Made by a program: the position numbers and the translations under genes | The notes under the pieces: generated by a model | The model's database searches: none | The model's input: the letters and a program-made list of their open reading frames with translations, nothing else | What the model was told of the DNA's origin: nothing | Shown here: piece after piece, positions 55,682 to 64,000 of the stretch | Position numbering within the stretch: the stretch's first letter is position 1 | Layout: each line of letters starts with the position of its first letter | Assembly: GCA_003279685.1 (NCBI GenBank) | Contig: QCHA01000002.1 | Coordinates: 16,303-80,302 of the forward strand | Reading direction: 5' to 3' | DNA from: Pelagibacteraceae bacterium AG-390-L03 | Lineage (GTDB): Bacteria > Pseudomonadota > Alphaproteobacteria > Pelagibacterales > Pelagibacteraceae | DNA: 64,000 nt

Positions 55682-56872
55682 ATGAAAAAACTATTTATTG
55701 CTGCATTTATGCTTGTTTCAAGTTTTGGAACAAATGTAATGGCAGACGGACATGCGATTAAAATGGGGATTATCTTAGGATTTACTGGTCCTATTGAATC
55801 TCTAACACCAGCTATGAGAGACTCAGCTAAATTAGCTTTTGAAGAAGCTTCAGCGTCTGGATCTTTATTGGGTGGAAAAAAAATATCAGTTTTAGAAGCA
55901 GACTCAACTTGTGTTGACTCAGCAGCAGCAACTGCAGCAGCTGAAGGATTAATATCACAAGGTGTAGCGGCTATAATGGGTGCTGACTGTTCAGGTGTTA
56001 CGGGTGCAATTGCATCTAACGTTGCTGTACCTAATGGTGTAGTGATGATTTCACCATCAGCAACTTCTCCAGGATTAACAACTCTAGATGATAATGGATA
56101 TTTCTTTAGAACAGCTCCATCAGATGCTAGAGGTGGTCAAATCTTAGCTGATATTACTAAAGATAGAAAAGTTAAAAGTGTAGCAATTACTTACACTAAC
56201 AATGACTATGGTAAAGGCTTAGCTGATGTTTATAAAGCAGCAGTTGAAAGTCATGGTATTAAAGTAACTACTGTAACTGCTCACGAAGATGGTAAAGCAG
56301 ATTACTCATCTGAAGTTGCAACTCTTGCTTCAGCGGGTGGTGATGCTGTAGCTGTAATTGGCTACCTAGACCAAGGTGGAAAAGGAATTATTCAAGCTTC
56401 TTTAGACTCTGGAGCATTTGATACATTCGTTTTATCTGATGGTATGATAGGTCAATCTCTAGTTGATGCATTTGGAAAAGATTTAAGTAAATCTTTTGGT
56501 TCAATGCCTGGTTCAACTGGAAAAGGTGCTGGTGTATTTGCTGATGTAGCAAAAGCTGGAGGAATTGATTCTTCTGGACCATACACAGGCGAGTCATACG
56601 ACGCAGCAGCTTTGATAGTATTAGCAATGCAAGCAGGTAATTCTGCTGACAGAGCATCAATTGCAAAAAATGTAATGGGTGTTGCTAACGCTCCTGGAAC
56701 TAAAATTTATCCAGGTGAGCTTAAAAAAGGATTGGATTTACTAGCTAAAGGTAAAAAGATAAATTACGAAGGTGCAACTGGAGTAACTTTTACTAGTGTT
56801 GGTGAAGCTGAAGGTTCTTTCTTAGAGCAAGAAATCAAAGGTGGAAAATTCAAAACTAAAAAACAAAGATAA
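55682..56872 (+). CDS. livK: LivK/LivJ-type ABC substrate-binding protein
   Basis: Signal peptide, ILGFTGP, ISPSATSP, FFRTAPSD, NNDYGKG, YDAA. Confidence 0.88.
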   Translation: MKKLFIAAFMLVSSFGTNVMADGHAIKMGIILGFTGPIESLTPAMRDSAKLAFEEASASGSLLGGKKISVLEADSTCVDSAAATAAAEGLISQGVAAIMGADCSGVTGAIASNVAVPNGVVMISPSATSPGLTTLDDNGYFFRTAPSDARGGQILADITKDRKVKSVAITYTNNDYGKGLADVYKAAVESHGIKVTTVTAHEDGKADYSSEVATLASAGGDAVAVIGYLDQGGKGIIQASLDSGAFDTFVLSDGMIGQSLVDAFGKDLSKSFGSMPGSTGKGAGVFADVAKAGGIDSSGPYTGESYDAAALIVLAMQAGNSADRASIAKNVMGVANAPGTKIYPGELKKGLDLLAKGKKINYEGATGVTFTSVGEAEGSFLEQEIKGGKFKTKKQR

Positions 56873-56885
56873 TTATTATCTAATT

Positions 56886-56919
56886 AAAAACCCCAGTAAT
56901 GAAAATTACTGGGGTTTTT
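56886..56919. terminator. Bidirectional intrinsic terminator
   Basis: Perfect 15-bp stem aaaaaccccagtaat/attactggggttttt with GAAA loop, A-tract and T-tract on either side, between convergent genes. Confidence 0.9.
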
Positions 56920-56995
56920 TTATATCTAAATACTAATTAAAATTCTTAAAATATCAAAAAAATGTACTAAAATATTAGACAGAGAATTGTGATAA

Positions 56996-57064
56996 TTAAA
57001 ACATATACTTGTCAGCCATGTACATAGCCCAAGCAATTGCAGCACCTAATATAATATATTTCAT
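56996..57064 (-). CDS. Unannotated 22-aa hydrophobic peptide MKYIILGAAIAWAMYMADKYMF
   Basis: ATG 7 nt after the livM stop, before the terminator; GC-richer than flanking spacer; single TM-like helix. Confidence 0.55.
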   Translation of the reverse strand: MKYIILGAAIAWAMYMADKYMF

Positions 57065-57071
57065 ATAGTAA

Positions 57072-58442
57072 TTACTTTATTTCTATTTTTTCAGGAAGTA
57101 TACCTTTAGGTCGATATCTCATTATCAACAACAACCCAAGGCCCATCATTAAATATCTAAAGTAAGGAACACTCTCAATTAAATGAACTTTTAATGCATG
57201 GGTGTCTGCCATTCCAGCTGTAAAAAAATTTATCAAAAATAGTGCTATAGGTGCGGCCTCAATCCATAAAAACCAAACTGCAAAACCTCCAAGTATAGCT
57301 CCAAAATTATTACCACTTCCACCAACAATTACCATCACCCAAATAAGAAATGTATATCTCATAGGTCTATAACTTCCTGGTGTAAATAAACCATCTTGAG
57401 TAACTAACATTGCCCCAGCAATTCCAACAATTGCAGAACCCAAAATAAATATCAACAGGTGTTGTTTAACAACATTTTTACCCATTGCATTTGCTGCTTC
57501 TTCGTTGTCTCTAATAGCTCTCATCATTCTGCCCCATGGAGAATAAAGCGCTTTTTGAGTTAAAATTAAAAGTATAATAACAACAATCAAAAATAATCCT
57601 GAATAACAAAGTTTAACAAATACAGTTGAGCCTTCTATTACCATTTGATTTAATGCTGCCTGACGATCCGCAAGATTAGAAATTAATGCTAATTTTCCTG
57701 AATTGAATTTTTCTACTAAATTAATAAACCATTCAGTTGTTTGAAGGTCAACTTCATATGGTGCTGGTCTTTTTAAGCCTATTACGTTTTTAACACCTCT
57801 TGTTAACCAGTCTTCATGCTTAATTATTGCAATTACAATTTCAGAAATAAGTAAAGTTGCAATTGCTAAATAATCAGCTCTTAAACCTAAGGCAACTTTT
57901 CCAACTATAAAAGCTAGCCCACCTGCAAAAAATGCTCCAACAATCCAAGAAAAGATAATTGGTAATCCAAAGCCACCTAAGAATCCTGTTTTAGCTGGAT
58001 TAACCCCTTCTATCGCTTCAATTCCAGGTTCAGCTGTTATTCTAATGATTACAATTCCAGCAACTATAATTGCAGCTATTCCATAAGTTCTAAATTTTGA
58101 TTTTTCAAAATTTTTTAAAATAAATCTAATAGCAAATACCATTGCAATAATTAGCCATAGACACATTAAGATATCAAAACCACCTGCACGCCATGCTTCC
58201 TGTACAGGATCAACTGAGATTAAAACTGCCGCTAACCCTCCAAGCGCTGTATAACCCATAATTCCAAAGTTAATTAGTCCTGCATAACCCCACTGAATAT
58301 TTGCCCCCATAGTCATTACTGCAGAAATCAAACAAAGATTAAATATTGATAATGCTACATTCCAAGATTGAAAAATTCCTACAAGAATTATCAAAGCCAT
58401 CATGATGCTATAAGCAGCTATTACATTTAAATTCTTTCTCAC
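57072..58442 (-). CDS. livM: Branched-chain amino acid-type ABC permease LivM-like (large periplasmic insert)
   Basis: GYAGLINFG, LRADYLAIATL, SPWGRMMRAIRDNE, GGSGN. Confidence 0.9.
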   Translation of the reverse strand: MRKNLNVIAAYSIMMALIILVGIFQSWNVALSIFNLCLISAVMTMGANIQWGYAGLINFGIMGYTALGGLAAVLISVDPVQEAWRAGGFDILMCLWLIIAMVFAIRFILKNFEKSKFRTYGIAAIIVAGIVIIRITAEPGIEAIEGVNPAKTGFLGGFGLPIIFSWIVGAFFAGGLAFIVGKVALGLRADYLAIATLLISEIVIAIIKHEDWLTRGVKNVIGLKRPAPYEVDLQTTEWFINLVEKFNSGKLALISNLADRQAALNQMVIEGSTVFVKLCYSGLFLIVVIILLILTQKALYSPWGRMMRAIRDNEEAANAMGKNVVKQHLLIFILGSAIVGIAGAMLVTQDGLFTPGSYRPMRYTFLIWVMVIVGGSGNNFGAILGGFAVWFLWIEAAPIALFLINFFTAGMADTHALKVHLIESVPYFRYLMMGLGLLLIMRYRPKGILPEKIEIK

Positions 58443-59449
58443 AATACTTTTCCTTTAAATATTCCTGAAGGTCTGTAAAGCAGTACTATGACCAATATTG
58501 AAAATGAAACTGCAAATTTATAATCTGTAGATAAAAGTTGAACTAAACTTTCAGGCTCCATACTTTCTGGCAAAATGTACATAAAGAATTTTTTATAAGC
58601 ATAAGTTAAAAATATTTCTGAAAATGCAATAACATATCCTCCTAAAAAGGCACCAAATGGATTTCCTATACCTCCAACAATTGCTGCCGCAAATATAGGG
58701 AGCATATTGTTAAAATAAGTGAAAGGTTTAAAACTTTTATCCAGACCATATAAGGCGCCTCCAATAGTTGCTAAAATCCCTGCTATTATCCATGTAATCA
58801 TCACTATTTTTTTTGGATCAATTCCTGAAAGTAAAGCTAAATCCTCATTATCAGAGTAAGCTTTCATACTTTTTCCTGTTTTAGTCTTATTTAAAAACCA
58901 AAACAAAAGAGAAACTAGAACAATTGTAACAAATATTGTTAGTACTTGCGTAGACTTCAATGCAAGTCCTTCATTAAGGCCTGTCATTTCTTTAAATTCA
59001 CGTGCTTTGATAATAAATTTTTCACCATCAAAAAATCTTTGATCAGAAGGACCAATAATTATTCTTACCACAGCCTGAGTGACAAACATTACACCAATAC
59101 TAACCATTGCTAGTTGAACGGGTGGGCTCTTATTAACTCTGTAATATTTAAATACAAATTTATCTATAAACAGCATGTAAATAATCATAAATAAAATTGC
59201 AAATGGAATAGCTATTAACGCTGTTGGCAAAACCCCAAGTGAAATTCCAATTGATTGAAAATACCAAGTAAATAAAATTGTAACCATTGTCCCAAAAGAC
59301 ATCATGTCTCCAGTTGCAAAATTAGCAAATCTCAAAATTCCATAAATTAATGTAACAAAAATTGCACCTAATGCTAACTGAGAACCATATGTTAAAGCAG
59401 GAATAAAAATATAATTTAATAAAAGAATTATAGCATTTAAAAAATCCAT
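58439..59449 (-). CDS. livH: Branched-chain amino acid-type ABC permease LivH-like
   Basis: YGILRFANFATGD, GKSMKAYSDN, GGIGNP, RPSGIF. Confidence 0.9.
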   Translation of the reverse strand: MDFLNAIILLLNYIFIPALTYGSQLALGAIFVTLIYGILRFANFATGDMMSFGTMVTILFTWYFQSIGISLGVLPTALIAIPFAILFMIIYMLFIDKFVFKYYRVNKSPPVQLAMVSIGVMFVTQAVVRIIIGPSDQRFFDGEKFIIKAREFKEMTGLNEGLALKSTQVLTIFVTIVLVSLLFWFLNKTKTGKSMKAYSDNEDLALLSGIDPKKIVMITWIIAGILATIGGALYGLDKSFKPFTYFNNMLPIFAAAIVGGIGNPFGAFLGGYVIAFSEIFLTYAYKKFFMYILPESMEPESLVQLLSTDYKFAVSFSILVIVLLYRPSGIFKGKVL

Positions 59450-59451
59450 AA

Positions 59452-60159
59452 TTATCCCCCTAGAAAAGAGCTTCTTACTCTTGGATCATTTAATAATTCA
59501 TTTCCAGTTCCTGAATATCTATTTTCTCCAGTTACTAAAACGTATCCTCTGTCAGAAATATTAAGTGCTTGTTTTGCATTTTGCTCAACCATTAAAATGG
59601 CAACATTAGTTCTTTTAACTTTTATTATATGATCAAATAATTCATCCATAACAATTGGTGAAACACCTGCAGTTGGCTCATCCAACATTAGAACTGTTGG
59701 TTTAATCATTAGTGCTCGACCAAGAGCTACCTGTTGTCTTTGTCCACCTGATAGTTCACCAACTAATTGATTTCTTTTTTCTTTAAGAATAGGAAATAAA
59801 TTATAAATTTCATCTATTGTGTCTTTAATTTCATCATTGATAAGAAAAGCTCCCATTTCTAGATTTTCTTCAACAGTCATTCCGGCAAAAACATTTTTAG
59901 TTTGTGGTACAAAAGATATTCCTTCTTTAACTCTATCTTGAGGAGATAATTTAGAGATATCTTTACCGTCAATTTTTACTGATCCAGATTTTAAATTCAA
60001 AAGACCCAACATCGCTTTCATGGCTGTTGATTTACCAGCTCCATTTGGTCCAAGAATTGAGACTATTTCACCTTTGTTAACATTTACTGTGCAAGAATTA
60101 ATTATATTAGGACCACTACCATAGCCCCCTGTCATTGCGTTTCCTTCAAAATATGCCAT
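59452..60159 (-). CDS. livF: LivF-like ABC ATP-binding protein
   Basis: GPNGAGKS, LSGGQRQ, LDEPTAG, VEQNA. Confidence 0.92.
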   Translation of the reverse strand: MAYFEGNAMTGGYGSGPNIINSCTVNVNKGEIVSILGPNGAGKSTAMKAMLGLLNLKSGSVKIDGKDISKLSPQDRVKEGISFVPQTKNVFAGMTVEENLEMGAFLINDEIKDTIDEIYNLFPILKEKRNQLVGELSGGQRQQVALGRALMIKPTVLMLDEPTAGVSPIVMDELFDHIIKVKRTNVAILMVEQNAKQALNISDRGYVLVTGENRYSGTGNELLNDPRVRSSFLGG

Positions 60160-60947
60160 TAATTTGAGTCCTTAAGTTTAGATCCCCTACCTAAATAACT
60201 TTCTATAACTTTTTCATCTTTTTTAACTTCATCTACTGATCCTTCAAATAAAACTGAACCTTCAGCCATTACAATAACTGGGTCGCATAATCTTCCTATA
60301 AAATCCATATCGTGTTCGATCATACAAAAAGTATATCCTTTTTCTTTATTGAGTTTTTCGATTGCTGTCCCAAGATCTTTTAGTAAAGTTCTATTCACAC
60401 CAGCACCCACTTCATCTAATAATACTAATTTAGCGTCTACCATCATTGTTCTACCTAATTCCAATAATTTCTTTTGTCCGCCTGATAAATTTCCAGCCAA
60501 TTCATTTGATAAATGACTAAGATTTAAAAAATCAACAACTTCTTTTGCTTTTTCTTTTACAATAGCTTCTTCTTCAGAAACTAGTTTTGGTTTTAATAGT
60601 GCGGTCATCAGTTTCTCACCTGATTGGTTTCCTGGAACCATCATTAAATTTTCCAATACTGATAAATTTGAAAATTCATGAGCAATTTGGAAAGTTCTAA
60701 GTAAACCTTTTGAAAATAATTCGTAAGATGGAACATCTGTAATATTTTCTTCATCAAAAGTTACTGCTCCACTTGTTGATTTTAAATTACCTGCAATTAA
60801 ATTAAATAAAGTAGTTTTACCAGATCCATTAGGTCCAATAATGCCAGTTATAGTTCCTCTTTTAACATTTAAAGAACAATCAGATACAGCTGCTAAACCA
60901 CCAAAATATTTTGATAAATTATTTATTTCTAAAATATTTTCTGACAT
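60159..60947 (-). CDS. livG: LivG-like ABC ATP-binding protein
   Basis: GPNGSGKT, RTFQ, LSGGQKK, LDEVGAG, IEHDM. Confidence 0.92.
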   Translation of the reverse strand: MSENILEINNLSKYFGGLAAVSDCSLNVKRGTITGIIGPNGSGKTTLFNLIAGNLKSTSGAVTFDEENITDVPSYELFSKGLLRTFQIAHEFSNLSVLENLMMVPGNQSGEKLMTALLKPKLVSEEEAIVKEKAKEVVDFLNLSHLSNELAGNLSGGQKKLLELGRTMMVDAKLVLLDEVGAGVNRTLLKDLGTAIEKLNKEKGYTFCMIEHDMDFIGRLCDPVIVMAEGSVLFEGSVDEVKKDEKVIESYLGRGSKLKDSN

Positions 60948-60952
60948 TGGAA

Positions 60953-61720
60953 TTATTTATTAAGTCGTTTATGGATACTATTTAAAGTTTTTTCTAATGA
61001 CTTATAAAAACCAGCTTTAGTCAATTCTTTAACACCTTGTTCATTAAGACCCTTAGGCGTTTGAGACTCTTTAACTAAATACTTCAAATCCTCTTTAGAG
61101 TTTACAACAGCATCTTGAGATAAAGCTAAGAATAGTGATGTAATATATTTTTGAGCATTATCTCTTTTCACACCACGTTTTACAAGCCAATCTGTCATAA
61201 CTCTAAGCAACTCATAAAAAGGTGCCATCATTCCAGAAGTAGACCAAAAATTAATTGAAGATTTCTCATTTTTAATTTCTACAGTTGTTCCTATTTGATT
61301 AAAGAATTTTTTTATTTTTGGGTTAGGTGGACAAATAGGTACTGGTCCTTTTTTTAATGATATTGGAGGTAATGGTATTGCTCTTACAATATTTGCTTTT
61401 ACTTTAATCGATTTTTTTAATTGCGATAACGTAATCGTTGAAATGAAACTTATAATAGTATGACTAGATTTAAATTTTAAATCTTTAATGATTTTTTCAC
61501 CCACTGTTGGTGTAACTGATAAAAATATCCAGTCACATTTATCAATTATTTCTTGATTATTTTTAGAAATATTAATCTTTTTAAATTTTCTTTTTAAAGT
61601 TTTTGCAGTTTTCTTATTTCTTTCAGAGATTATAATTTTTTTGAATTTAATTTTAGATTTACAGATTCCTGTAATTACTGAAGATGCAATTTTTCCTGTA
61701 CCAATAAATCCTAAATTCAT
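60953..61720 (-). CDS. Pyrroline-5-carboxylate reductase-like NAD(P)-binding protein, divergent
   Basis: GFIGTGKIA Rossmann motif; RAIPLP and QTPKGLNE occupy the positions of ProC RVMPN and SPGGTT. Confidence 0.7.
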   Translation of the reverse strand: MNLGFIGTGKIASSVITGICKSKIKFKKIIISERNKKTAKTLKRKFKKINISKNNQEIIDKCDWIFLSVTPTVGEKIIKDLKFKSSHTIISFISTITLSQLKKSIKVKANIVRAIPLPPISLKKGPVPICPPNPKIKKFFNQIGTTVEIKNEKSSINFWSTSGMMAPFYELLRVMTDWLVKRGVKRDNAQKYITSLFLALSQDAVVNSKEDLKYLVKESQTPKGLNEQGVKELTKAGFYKSLEKTLNSIHKRLNK

Positions 61721-61753
61721 AAATTTTGATTACTTTATATTGATTATATTGAA

Positions 61754-62665
61754 TTAATTAACAAAAAAAGAGCCTCTAATTCTCAGCAATTCTCTATTTA
61801 ATTCCTTATTTTCTTCAAAAGGTTTTCTACCGTGTAACCAGAAGTAATTATTTGCAATAATAGAATTTCCAACTGGAAGCTTAGTAATAACTTTATTGTT
61901 ACTCTCCTCTAAACTGTCTGATAATTTTTGTAAAAAATTTCCTTGTTCCATATTTTTTGGCTCTGGAAATTGATCTATATAAGAAATATGAGGTCTTCCC
62001 TCTTCATCTGATGAAAAAACAGGGTGCTCAACCTTATAATCTATGTTTTTGCTTTTGGGTGATCCCCACATAAAATTTTGTTTACCAACTGGGTCACTAA
62101 ATAAATCATCACAGTGCTCCCAATCGTCTAAGTGCAACATTGCGGTCTCACCACCTTTTACATTCTCTTCATTTATTTTTGTCATTATTAACCAATCTGT
62201 AATTTCTTTTACATAGGTTCCATCTGTATGAAGATCCATATTTCTATAAGCTTTTCTTAAATAAGAATCGCTTTTGTCTTCATGCTTGACTTCAAATCTT
62301 GCATAATATTTTCCAGCCATTGAGTCATGATTGGGTACACCAATTAAATGAGCAATTGCAGTAGAAAGTTTTACTAAAAATTTATCATTAATTTTAGAAG
62401 TAATATTTTTAGGGCCAATTATAAAACATCCTGTATCCCTATCTCTTAATATTTTATTCATTAGTTCACTTAATTTATTATTAGTTAAATCATCTAAACT
62501 TTTTGCAATAGTAAATCTGGTAAATGGTTTTAGTTCTAATGCGGTTAGATCAAATTTGTTAAAAGGGAAGATTAGTTTTTTTATGATTTCATCATCTAAA
62601 CTAATATTAATTATTCGTTTTGATTTTTCATGCTCATGTATTTCAAGACCAGCTATATTTTGCAT
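61754..62665 (-). CDS. glaH: Glutarate 2-hydroxylase (CsiD/GlaH), Fe(II)/2OG dioxygenase
   Basis: KPFTRF, DSYLRKAY, LHTDGTYVKE, LHLDDW, YIDQF, NNYFWLHGR. Confidence 0.9.
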   Translation of the reverse strand: MQNIAGLEIHEHEKSKRIINISLDDEIIKKLIFPFNKFDLTALELKPFTRFTIAKSLDDLTNNKLSELMNKILRDRDTGCFIIGPKNITSKINDKFLVKLSTAIAHLIGVPNHDSMAGKYYARFEVKHEDKSDSYLRKAYRNMDLHTDGTYVKEITDWLIMTKINEENVKGGETAMLHLDDWEHCDDLFSDPVGKQNFMWGSPKSKNIDYKVEHPVFSSDEEGRPHISYIDQFPEPKNMEQGNFLQKLSDSLEESNNKVITKLPVGNSIIANNYFWLHGRKPFEENKELNRELLRIRGSFFVN

Positions 62666-62705
62666 AATAAATTCTAGGTTAACTTTATTAATAAATCAAT
62701 TTTAT

Positions 62706-63029
62706 TTAAAAATAATTGCTTAAAATTGCCATACTGACAGCAGAAAAAATAGTTGGATACACATAGTTTTTTTTTGAAATAAAAAAAACAATTAAAGATA
62801 AAATTACAACAGCTAATCTACTTAAATAACTAGCATCAATTAAAACTCCTACAGGAAAAATAATTGTTCTAGCAATTAGAGCAGCTAATGTTGCATAAGC
62901 TAAACAATTAAACCATTTAAATAATTTTGATGTTTCTTTAATTCCTTCAGAACTTACTGCACCTAAAAATCTTGATAAAAAAGTTGCAAGTGATGTTACA
63001 AGGATTGCATAAACAATATTAGCTGACAT
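62706..63029 (-). CDS. azlD: AzlD family membrane protein
   Basis: 107 aa, ATFLSRF motif, overlaps azlC. Confidence 0.75.
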   Translation of the reverse strand: MSANIVYAILVTSLATFLSRFLGAVSSEGIKETSKLFKWFNCLAYATLAALIARTIIFPVGVLIDASYLSRLAVVILSLIVFFISKKNYVYPTIFSAVSMAILSNYF

Positions 63030-63723
63030 TTAATTCTCCAATCAAATATGCGATTGAACCACCCACCAATCCACCTAATAAAATTGACCACTCTGGTGTT
63101 AAAAAATAAAAAATTGGTCCTAATACTAATCCAAGTATAACTGATAAGGAAACCTGTAAAGTTTTAGAAGCCCCAACCATCATACATAAAAAATAAATAG
63201 GATTTAAAATTGCTAATCCCATCATCAAATCTTTATTTAGATATTCTGAAGAAAAAAAACCAATAAAAGTTCCAATTACCGCAATACTCCAGGTTGCAGT
63301 ACCAATACCAATCCAATAATCAATACGTTGTTCTTTAGGTATTGATTTGTAATTACTTTTCATGATTAACCAAGCAGAAACAGCAATAAAATGACATGAA
63401 AAATAATATTTCCACTTTGGCTGACTTTCATGCATCATCAAAGGGAATAACGATACGGCCATTGGATAAAGTCGGGCATTAACAAACCAAACAGCTAAAA
63501 AAATATTTAGCAAAGAAGCACCAACTAACAATGACTCTGCCATTACCAAAGAACCTGGCAAGGCATAAGTTAACATTGTAGAAAAAACACTCTCTTGAAT
63601 ATTAAATCCTAAATTTTTAAGTAAAGCTCCAATAGCAATAAAACAGCATCCTAATGCAATAGCGGGACTATCATGTTTTAATATGGATTTATAACCTTTA
63701 AGAAAAAATTCTTTATTTATCAT
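63019..63723 (-). CDS. azlC: AzlC family amino-acid exporter permease
   Basis: YALPGS, VNARLYPM, W.IAVIGTFIG. Confidence 0.82.
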   Translation of the reverse strand: MINKEFFLKGYKSILKHDSPAIALGCCFIAIGALLKNLGFNIQESVFSTMLTYALPGSLVMAESLLVGASLLNIFLAVWFVNARLYPMAVSLFPLMMHESQPKWKYYFSCHFIAVSAWLIMKSNYKSIPKEQRIDYWIGIGTATWSIAVIGTFIGFFSSEYLNKDLMMGLAILNPIYFLCMMVGASKTLQVSLSVILGLVLGPIFYFLTPEWSILLGGLVGGSIAYLIGELNVS

Positions 63724-64000
63724 CAGCCGCCAAGAAATAGTCTACCTACGTCTGGATTTTCCAATAAATCATTTCCTTTTCCAGCAATGGCAGTTTGTCC
63801 TGACACTAAAACATAACCAATGTCAGCAAACTCCAGACCTTTCTTTGCATTTTGCTCAACAAGTATTATTGTTTTTTTTTCATTTTGTTGAAGATCTCTT
63901 AAAATTTCAAAAACCATATCTATATATCTTGGCTCTAATCCAATTGAAGGTTCATCTACCAATAACACTGATGGTTTCATAACAAGAGCTCTAGATATTT
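63723..64000 (-). CDS. livF: LivF-like ABC ATP-binding protein, C-terminal part (gene starts beyond window)
   Basis: Frame stays open to the window edge: ISRALVMKPSVLLVDEPSIGL...VEQNA...LFLGG. Confidence 0.88.
   Translation of the reverse strand, partial: ISRALVMKPSVLLVDEPSIGLEPRYIDMVFEILRDLQQNEKKTIILVEQNAKKGLEFADIGYVLVSGQTAIAGKGNDLLENPDVGRLFLGG

Noticed and set aside
2357-56666. About 29 short ORFs in the track that overlap longer genes (e.g. 2357, 10609, 13749, 16611, 17644, 17878, 18790, 19741, 19832, 21926, 22943, 26105, 27047, 29464, 30178, 32284, 32743, 33255, 36800, 37493, 42059, 49002, 49608, 53667, 53978, 54156, 54699, 54805, 56388)
   Set aside because: Antisense or alternate-frame shadows of well-supported genes, with no motifs or RBS and composition typical of reverse-frame translation.

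Overview
A very AT-rich, tightly packed window (short spacers, many overlapping stop/start codons) made almost entirely of transport and catabolic genes. I found no rRNA, tRNA, CRISPR, integrase or transposase, and no transcription factor. Composition and gene content point to a streamlined marine alphaproteobacterium, most likely SAR11/Pelagibacterales (inference). Left: a ugp glycerophosphodiester operon with two UgpE paralogs and a 2H phosphoesterase, then a quaternary-amine module (BBOX-like dioxygenase, ProXWV-type ABC, carnitine dehydrogenase, BKACE). Centre (16.0-39.3 kb): two long convergent operons. The + operon encodes a ribose-type ABC system with greatly enlarged permeases, an orphan 33-aa-periodic repeat protein, PxpA and a split, domain-permuted urea-carboxylase-like enzyme. 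The - operon encodes a DTT-motif flotillin-associated rhodopsin, flotillin, an SCP2-like protein, a hydrolase, a dimethylformamidase with two small-subunit homologs, a Na+/solute symporter, an Fe-ADH and an AttM-type lactonase. Best novelty candidate: unrelated proteins of the + operon carry two shared short motifs in low-complexity extensions (Y-x3-D-x3-F-x2-[IL], six copies; and a paired [IV][KR][IV][IV][DN][FY]...[IM]K[VI]xxF C-terminal tag on three proteins), suggesting a motif-based docking/scaffold system beside a flotillin microdomain operon. Right: orphan ParA, thioesterase, TauD-PhnZ-BetA, a divergent ureohydrolase, short GlpD, a luciferase-like monooxygenase/TPP/trigonelline-like operon, a Liv-type ABC with an unannotated 22-aa membrane peptide, GlaH/CsiD and AzlCD. 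Family assignments come from motif recognition by eye; no database searches were run.
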